Below are positions 56,601 to 64,000 of a stretch of 64,000 bases of DNA, one piece after another (the first letter of the stretch is position 1; every line of letters starts with the position of its first letter). The notes under the pieces are model-generated. The model was not told where the DNA came from. It saw nothing but the letters and a program-made list of their open reading frames with translations, and made no database searches. Both the position numbers and the translations under genes were made by a program. This DNA comes from Rebecca billardiae RCC1528 (lineage: Eukaryota; Protista; Haptophyta): contig OZ251227.1 in assembly GCA_965240325.2 (NCBI GenBank), positions 620,001 through 684,000 on the forward strand. Direction: 5' to 3'.

Positions 56601-59600
56601 CGCGCGTCTCGAAGGCCACGGTCGGTGCGATGTCTGTGGACATGTCCACGCAGCCGGGTCCCGGCTCCATCTTGACGCGCACCGCGCGCCGCTGCGCGCT
56701 TGTGAGCCCCGCCACCTGCGCCTCGGAGAAGCCGTAGTAGCCGAACGCGGCGGAGGACTTGGTCGTCGGCTCCGACGCGCCCCGCCGCCCATCCCCGTCC
56801 AGGTCGAGGAACACGGTGCAGTTTCGGAAGTAGCCGTCAAAGGCGTGGCCGCACACTGGGGCCACGCCAGTGTCGCATCTGCGCGCGCCAGCGGCACCCT
56901 CGCACGCCGCGCCGGTGCAGCCGGCCGGAGGCGAGCTCGGGGGCGGCGGCGACGGCGGCGGGCTCGGTGGCGGCGACGGAGGTGGGCTGGGCGGTGGCGG
57001 CGGCGGCGGACTCGGCGGCGGGCTGGGCGGTGGGCTCGGCGGCGGCAAAGGTGGCGGGCTCGGCGGGGGCGAGGGCGGCGGCGAGGGCGGCGGCGAGGGC
57101 GGTGGGCTCGGTGGCGGGCTCGGCGGTGGCGATGGTGGCGGGCTCGGCGGCGGCGACGGGGGCGGGCTCGGCGGCGGGCTCGGCGGCGGGCTCGGCGGCG
57201 GGCTCGGCGGCGACGATGGCGGCGGCGAAGGCGGTGGACTCGGCGGCGGGCTTGGCGGCGGGCTCGGCGGCGGGCTCGGCGGCGGGCTCGGCGGCGGCGA
57301 GGGCGGCGGAGAGGGCGGTGGCGAGGGCGGTGGCGAGGGCGGTGGGCTCGGCGGCGGAGATGGCGGTGGACTCGGCGGTGGCGACGGTGGCGGGCTCGGC
57401 GGTGGCGACGGTGGCGGGCTCGGCGGCGGGCTCGGTGGTGGCGACGGCGGTGGCGACGGCGGCGGGCTCGGCGGCGGGCTTGGTGGTGGCGATGGCGGCG
57501 GCGAAGGCGGTGGACTCGGTGGCGGCGACGGCGGTGGGCTCGGTGGCGGGCTGGGCGGCGGGCTTGGTGGTGGCGAGGGCGGCGGCGAGGGCGGCGGCGA
57601 GGGCGGCGGCGAGGGCGGCGGGCTCGGTGGCGGGCTCGGCGGTGGCGATGGTGGCGGGCTCGGTGGCGGCGAGGGCGGTGGACTCGGCGGTGGCGACGGT
57701 GGCGGGCTCGGCGGTGGCGATGGTGGCGGGCTCGGCGGCGGGCTCGGCGGTGGCGACGGCGGTGGCGAGGGCGGCGGGCTCGGCGGCGGGCTTGGCGGCG
57801 GGCTCGGCGGCGGGCTCGGAGGAGGGCTTGGCGGTGGCGATGGTGGCGGCGAGGGCGGTGGCGACGGCGGTGGCGAGGGCGGCGGGCTCGGTGGCGGAGA
57901 GGGCGGTGGACTCGGCGGTGGCGACGGCGGCGGGCTCGGCGGTGGCGATGGTGGCGGGCTCGGCGGCGGGCTCGGCGGTGGCGACGGCGGTGGCGAGGGC
58001 GGCGGGCTCGGCGGCGGGCTTGGCGGCGGGCTCGGCGGCGGGCTCGGCGGCGGGCTCGGAGGAGGGCTTGGCGGTGGCGATGGTGGCGGCGAGGGCGGTG
58101 GCGACGGCGGTGGCGAGGGCGGCGGGCTCGGTGGCGGAGAGGGCGGTGGACTCGGCGGTGGCGACGGCGGCGGGCTCGGCGGTGGCGACGGCGGCGGGCT
58201 CGGCGGCGGGCTCGGCGGTGGCGACGGCGGTGGCGAGGGCGGCGGGCTCGGCGGCGGGCTTGGTGGTGGCGAGGGCGGCGGGCTCGGCGGCGGCGAAGGC
58301 GGCGGGCTCGGCGGCGGGCTTGGCGGCGGGCTCGGAGGAGGGCTTGGCGGTGGCGATGGTGGCGGCGAGGGCGGTGGCGACGGCGGCGGCGAAGGCGGCG
58401 GGCTAGGCGGCGGAGATGGCGGTGGACTCGGCGGTGGTGACGGCGGCGGGCTCGGCGGTGGCGACGGTGGCGGGCTCGGCGGCGGGCTTGGTGGTGGCGA
58501 GGGCGGCGGCGAAGGCGGTGGACTCGGTGGCGGCGACGGCGGCGGGCTCGGCGGCGGGCTGGGCGGCGGGCTTGGCGGTGGCGAGGGCGGCGGCGAGGGC
58601 GGTGGCGAGGGCGGCGGCGAGGGCGGCGGGCTCGGCGGCGGAGATGGCGGTGGACTCGGCGGTGGCGACGGTGGCGGGCTCGGCGGTGGCGACGGTGGCG
58701 GGCTCGGCGGCGGGCTCGGCGGTGGCGACGGCGGTGGCGACGGTGGCGGGCTCGGCGGCGGGCGTGGCGGTGGCGAGGGCGGCGGGCTCGGCGGCGGGCT
58801 CGGCGGCGGGCTCGGCGGCGGGCTCGGCGGTGGCGACGGTGGCGGCGAGGGCGGCGGCGAAGGCGGTGGGCTGGGCGGCGGCGACGGCGGTGGGCTCGGC
58901 GGCGGTGACGGAGGTGGGCTGGGCGGTGGCGGCGGCGGTGGGCTCGGCGGCGGGCTGGGCGGTGGGCTCGGCGGCGGCGAAGGTGGTGGCGAGGGAGGTG
59001 GGCTGGGCGGCGGCGACGGCGGTGGGCTAGGCGGCGGCGGCGGCGGCGGGCTCGGCGGCGGGCTCGGCGGCGGACTCGGCGGTGGCGACGGTGGCGGCGA
59101 GGGCGGCGGCGACGGCGGTGGGCTGGGCGGCGGCGACGGCGGTGGGCTCGGCGGCGGCGACGGAGGTGGGCTGGGCGGTGGCGGCGGCGGTGGGCTCGGC
59201 GGCGGGCTGGGCGGTGGGCTCGGCGGCGGCGAAGGTGGTGGCGACGGAGGTGGGCTGGGCGGCGGCGGCGGCGGCGGGCTCGGCGGTGGGCTCGGCGGCG
59301 GGCTCGGCGGTGGCGACGGTGGCGGTGAGGGCGGCGGCGGGGGCGGCGGGCTGGGCGGCGGCGACGGCGGTGGGCTCGGCGGCGGTGACGGCGGTGGGCT
59401 GGGAGGAGGCGGCGGAGGCGGGCTCGGCGGCGGGCTCGGCGGCGGGCTCGGCGGCGGGCTCGGCGGTGGCGACGGTGGTGGCGATGGCGGTGGCGGCGGG
59501 CTGGGCGGTGGGCTCGGCGGCGGCGAAGGTGGTGGCGACGGAGGTGGGCTGGGCGGAGGCGGGCTCGGCGGTGGGCTCGGCGGCGGGCTCGGCGGTGGCG

Positions 59601-62600
59601 ACGGTGGCGGTGAGGGCGGCGGTGGCGAGGGCGGCGGTGAGGGTGGTGGTGGCGGTGGCGGCGAGGGCGGTGGCGGCGAGGGAGGTGGCGAGGGCGGCGG
59701 CGAGGGCGGCGGCGGTGGTGGCGACGAGGGCGGTGGCGGCGAGGGCGGCGGCGAGGGCGGCGGCGGTGGTGGCGGCGAGGGTGGTGGCGGCGAGGGAGGT
59801 GGCGAGGGCGGCGGCGAGGGCGGCGGCGAGGGCGGCGGCGGTGGTGGCGACGAGGGCGGTGGCGGCGAGGGCGGCGGCGAGGGCGGCGGCGGTGGTGGCG
59901 GCGAGGGTGGTGGCGGCGAGGGAGGTGGCGAGGGTGGCGGCGAAGGCGGCGGTGGCGAAGGCGGTGGCGAGGGCGGCGGCGAGGGCGGCGGCGGTGGTGG
60001 CGACGAGGGCGGCGGCGGCGAGGGCGGTGGCGAGGGCGGTGGCGGCGAGGGCGGCGGCGAGGGCGGCGGCGAGGGCGGCGGCGGTGGTGGCGGCAAGGGC
60101 GGCGGCGGCGAGGGCGGCGGTGGTGGCGGCGAGGGCGGCGGGGGCGAGGGCGGCGGTGGTGGCGGCGAGGGCGGTGGTGGCGGCTGATAAGGCGGCGGCG
60201 ACGAGGGCGGTGGCGGCGAGGGCGGCGGCGGTGGCGGCGAGGGCGGCGGTGGCGAGGGCGGCGGTGGTGGCGGCGAGGGCGGTGGCGGCGGTGAGGGCGG
60301 AGAAGGTGGTGGCGGCGAGGGCGGCGGCGGCGAGGGCGGCGGCGAGGGCGGTGGCGAGGGCGGCGGCGAGGGCGGCGGCGGCGAAGGTGGCGGCGAGGGC
60401 GGTGGCGAAGGTGGTGGCGACGGAGGTGGGCTGGGCGGCGGCGGCGGCGGCGGGCTCGGCGGTGGGCTCGGCGGCGGGCTCGGCGGTGGCGACGGTGGCG
60501 GTGAGGGCGGCGGCGGGGGCGGCGGCGGCGAGGGCGGTGGCGAGGGAGGTGGCGAGGGCGGCGGCGAGGGCGGCGGCGGTGGTGGCGGTGAAGGCGGCGG
60601 CGGCGAGGGCGGCGGCGAGGGCGGCGGTGGCGACGGTGGCGGTGAGGGCGGCGGCGGGGGCGGCGGGCTGGGCGGCGGCGACGGCGGTGGGCTCGGCGGC
60701 GGTGACGGCGGTGGGCTGGGAGGAGGCGGTGGAGGCGGGCTCGGCGGTGGGCTCGGCGGCGGGCTCGGCGGTGGCGACGGTGGCGGTGAGGGCGGCGGTG
60801 GCGAGGGCGGCGGTGAGGGTGGTGGTGGCGGTGGCGGCGAGGGCGGTGGCGGCGAGGGAGGTGGCGAGGGCGGCGGCGAGGGCGGCGGCGGTGGTGGCGA
60901 CGAGGGCGGTGGCGGCGAGGGCGGCGGCGAGGGCGGCGGCGGTGGTGGCGGCGATGGTGGTGGCGGCGAGGGAGGTGGCGAGGGCGGCGGCGAGGGCGGC
61001 GGCGAGGGCGGCGGCGGTGGTGGCGACGAGGGCGGTGGCGGCGAGGGCGGCGGCGAGGGCGGCGGCGGTGGTGGCGGCGAGGGTGGTGGCGGCGAGGGAG
61101 GTGGCGAGGGTGGCGACGAAGGCGGCGGTGGCGAAGGCGGTGGCGAGGGCGGCGGCGAGGGCGGCGGCGGTGGTGGCGACGAGGGCGGCGGCGGCGAGGG
61201 CGGTGGCGAGGGCGGTGGCGGCGAGGGCGGCGGCGAGGGCGGCGGCGAGGGCGGCGGCGGTGGTGGCGGCAAGGGCGGCGGCGGCGAGGGCGGCGGTGGT
61301 GGCGGCGAGGGCGGCGGGGGCGAGGGCGGCGGTGGTGGCGGCGAGGGCGGTGGTGGCGGCTGATAAGGCGGCGGCGACGAGGGCGGTGGCGGCGAGGGCG
61401 GCGGCGGTGGCGGCGAGGGCGGCGGTGGCGAGGGCGGCGGTGGTGGCGGCGAGGGCGGTGGCGGCGGTGAGGGCGGAGAAGGTGGTGGCGGCGAGGGCGG
61501 CGGCGGCGAGGGCGGCGGCGAGGGCGGTGGCGAGGGCGGCGGCGAGGGCGGCGGCGGCGAAGGTGGCGGCGAGGGCGGTGGCGAAGGTGGTGGCGACGGA
61601 GGTGGGCTGGGCGGCGGCGGCGGCGGCGGGCTCGGCGGTGGGCTCGGCGGCGGGCTCGGCGGTGGCGACGGTGGCGGTGAGGGCGGCGGCGGGGGCGGCG
61701 GCGGCGAGGGCGGTGGCGAGGGAGGTGGCGAGGGCGGCGGCGAGGGCGGCGGCGGTGGTGGCGGTGAAGGCGGCGGCGGCGAGGGCGGCGGCGAGGGCGG
61801 CGGTGGCGAGGGCGGCGGTGAGGGTGGTGGTGGCGGTGGCGGCGAGGGCGGTGGCGGCGAGGGAGGTGGCGAGGGTGGCGGCGAGGGCGGCGGCGGTGGT
61901 GGCGACGAGGGCGGTGGTGGCGAGGGCGGCGGCGAGGGCGGCGGCGGTGGTGGCGGCGAGGGTGGTGGCGGCGAGGGAGGTGGCGAGGGCGGCGGCGAGG
62001 GCGGCGGCGAGGGCGGCGGCGGTGGTGGCGACGACGGCGGTGGCGGCGAGGGCGGCGGCGAGGGCGGCGGCGGTGGTGGCGGCGAGGGTGGTGGCGGCGA
62101 GGGAGGTGGCGAGGGTGGCGGCGAAGGCGGCGGTGGCGAAGGCGGTGGCAAGGGCGGCGGCGAGGGCGGCGGCGAGGGCGGCGGCGGTGGTGGCGACGAG
62201 GGAGGTGGTGGCGATGGCGGTGGCGATGGCGGCGGGGGTGGTGGCGGCGAAGGCGGCGGTGGCGAAGGCGGTGGCGAGGGCGGCGGCGAGGGCGGCGGCG
62301 GTGGTGGCGACGAGGGCGGCGGCGGCGAGGGCGGTGGCGAGGGCGGCGGCGGCGAGGGCGGCGGCGAGGGCGGCGGCGAGGGCGGCGGCGGTGGCGGCGG
62401 CGAGGGCGGTGGCGGCGAGGGCGGTGGTGGTGGCGACGAGGGCGGCGGGGGCGAGGGCGGCGGTGGTGGTGGCGAGGGCGGTGGCGGCGGCGGCGAGGGC
62501 GGCGGTGGTGGCGGCGAGGGCGGCGGGGGCGAGGGCGGCGGTGGTGGCGGCGAGGGCGGTGGCGGCGGCTGATAAGGCGGCGGCGACGAGGGCGGTGGCG

Positions 62601-64000
62601 GCGAGGGCGGCGGCGGTGGCGACGAGGGCGGCGGGGGCGAGGGCGGCGGTGGTGGTGGCGAGGGCGGTGGCGGCGGTGAGGGCGGAGAAGGTGGTGGCGG
62701 CGAGGGCGGCGGCGGCGAGGGCGGCGGCGAGGGCGGTGGCGAGGGCGGCGGCGAGGGCGGCGGCGGCGAAGGTGGCGGCGAGGGCGGCGGCGAAGGTGGC
62801 GGCGAGGGCGGCGGCGGTGGTGGCGGCGAGGGCGGCGGCGAGGGCGGCGGCGGCGAGGGCGGCGGCGAGGGCGGCGGCGGTGGTGGCGACGAGGGCGGCG
62901 GCGGCGAGGGGGGTGGCGAGGGCGGCGGCGAGGGCGGCGGCGAGGGCGGCGGCGGTGGTGGCGGTGAGGGCGGTGGGGGCGAGGGCGGCGGCGAGGGTGG
63001 CGGTGGTGGTGGTGACGAGGGCGGCGGCGGCGAGGGAGGTGGCGAGGGTGGCGGCGAGGGCGGCGGCGGTGGCGGCGGCGAGGGCGGCGGCGGCGATGGA
63101 GGTGGCGAGGGCGGCGGCGAGGGCGGTGGCGAGGGCGGCGGCGGTGGCGGCGGCGGCGAGGGTGGCGGCGAGGGCGGCGGCGAGGGCGGTGGCGGCGAGG
63201 GAGGTGGCGAGGGCGGCGGCGAGGGCGGCGGCGGTGATGGTGGCGGCGAGGGCGGCGGCGAGGGCGGCGGTGAGGGCGGTGGTGGCGAGGGCGGCGGCGA
63301 GGGCGGCGGCGAGGGCGGCGGCGGTGGTGGTGGCGAGGGCGGTGGCGGCGAGGGAGGTGGCGAGGGTGGCGGCGAGGGCGGCGGCGGAGGTGGCGACGAC
63401 GGCGGTGGCGGGCTGGGCGGCGGGCTTGGTGGCGACGGCGGCGGCGACGGCGGCGGCGGCGGCGACGGCGGCGGTGGGGGTTGCGGTGACGGCGGGAGCA
63501 CGCCTTGGCATACGCTGAAGAGGCGCGGGACGGAAAATCCGCAAAGTTCATCCCGCCACTCGCCATCGCGCATAGCCACGCAGTCCTGGCCGGGCTCGTT
63601 GCTGGGCGCCCCGCCGTTGTTCGGCTCAGGGGGATACGAGCCTTGCCACCAGGGCTGAAAGCCTCCCAGCGGTGAGGCGTCGCTCACCCAGAAGAACGAC
63701 CCCGCAGAAGCGCTGTCCGACAAGCCAACCCAGAGAAAGGGGAATTGGCTCGGGCCGTCGCCATCCGCGGGTTGGCCGAAAGCTGCGTCCAGCACGGCGC
63801 TCGTCTCGGCGTCGGGCACCTTGGCGAGGCTGCCGTTGCGCACCAGCCCCTGGCAGAACGCGAGGCCCGCGTCCCAGTCGAGTGCAGCCGTGGCTGCACT
63901 CTTGATGTAGCAATGGTCTTGGTAGTATATGACTTGGTGCAAAGCTTCGTCGAGCTCCCAGCACTCGGGGAGTTGCCCCAGGGCCCCTAGCGCGCTCAGC
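53650..64000 (-). CDS. Polycystin-1-like receptor: C-type lectin + ~2,200-aa Ser-Pro stalk + Ca-binding-like module + ~5 TM (5' end beyond the window). Exons >64000-56146, 56006-55869, 55741-55440, 55294-53650
   Basis: CTL motifs CY...WDAGLAFC..LA...LWVGLSD...W...EPNN...DCVAMRDGEWRDELC...VC. The three GT..AG introns keep the frame. Membrane part ENYWGVVIVSVLIALYGSLHLVARVLD, RLPGESMTSKQRL, VSFPATFAF and WAACLVLKLIVVEPL echoes PKD1-family TM1-TM5. Confidence 0.75.
56933..63495 (-). repeat. ~6.5-kb coding repeat (SPPP/SPPPP)n, extensin/pherophorin-like
   Basis: Directly visible 12-18-bp degenerate units. YQPPPPP landmark at ~60185, 61361 and 62570. Confidence 0.95.

Noticed and set aside
56361-63566. 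Poly-Gly, poly-Arg and poly-Ala ORFs in five other frames
   Set aside because: Frame and antisense by-products of the (SPPP)n repeat. Only the Ser-Pro frame connects the lectin to the downstream domains.

Overview
Very GC-rich, gene-dense eukaryotic nuclear DNA with short spliceosomal introns. The style (extreme GC3, Ala/Gly/Pro low-complexity insertions, GTGCGC...GCAG introns) resembles a Pavlovales-type haptophyte such as Diacronema; this is an inference. I can support about 15 protein genes: RPB4 3' end, RABL3/LIP1 GTPase, GT47 exostosin-like GT, sulfotransferase, a ~6,900-aa UBR4/BIG, a SAM methyltransferase, a membrane-anchored subtilisin, kinesin, PYM, a GT-A glycosyltransferase, an ABCD transporter, glucosidase II alpha, an F-box/RCC1 protein, a candidate gustatory-receptor-like (DUF3537/7TM ion channel) protein, and a 5'-truncated polycystin-1-like receptor with a C-type lectin on a ~6.5-kb Ser-Pro repeat stalk. 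There is also one tRNA-Pro(AGG), two TA-flanked MITE-like elements, a repeat family next to (AT)n tracts, and a 77-bp minisatellite. Ten of the genes form five head-to-head pairs with 90-250 bp spacers. Most long ORFs in the supplied track are antisense or alternative-frame shadows caused by the GC bias. All family calls come from motif recognition by eye; no database searches were run.
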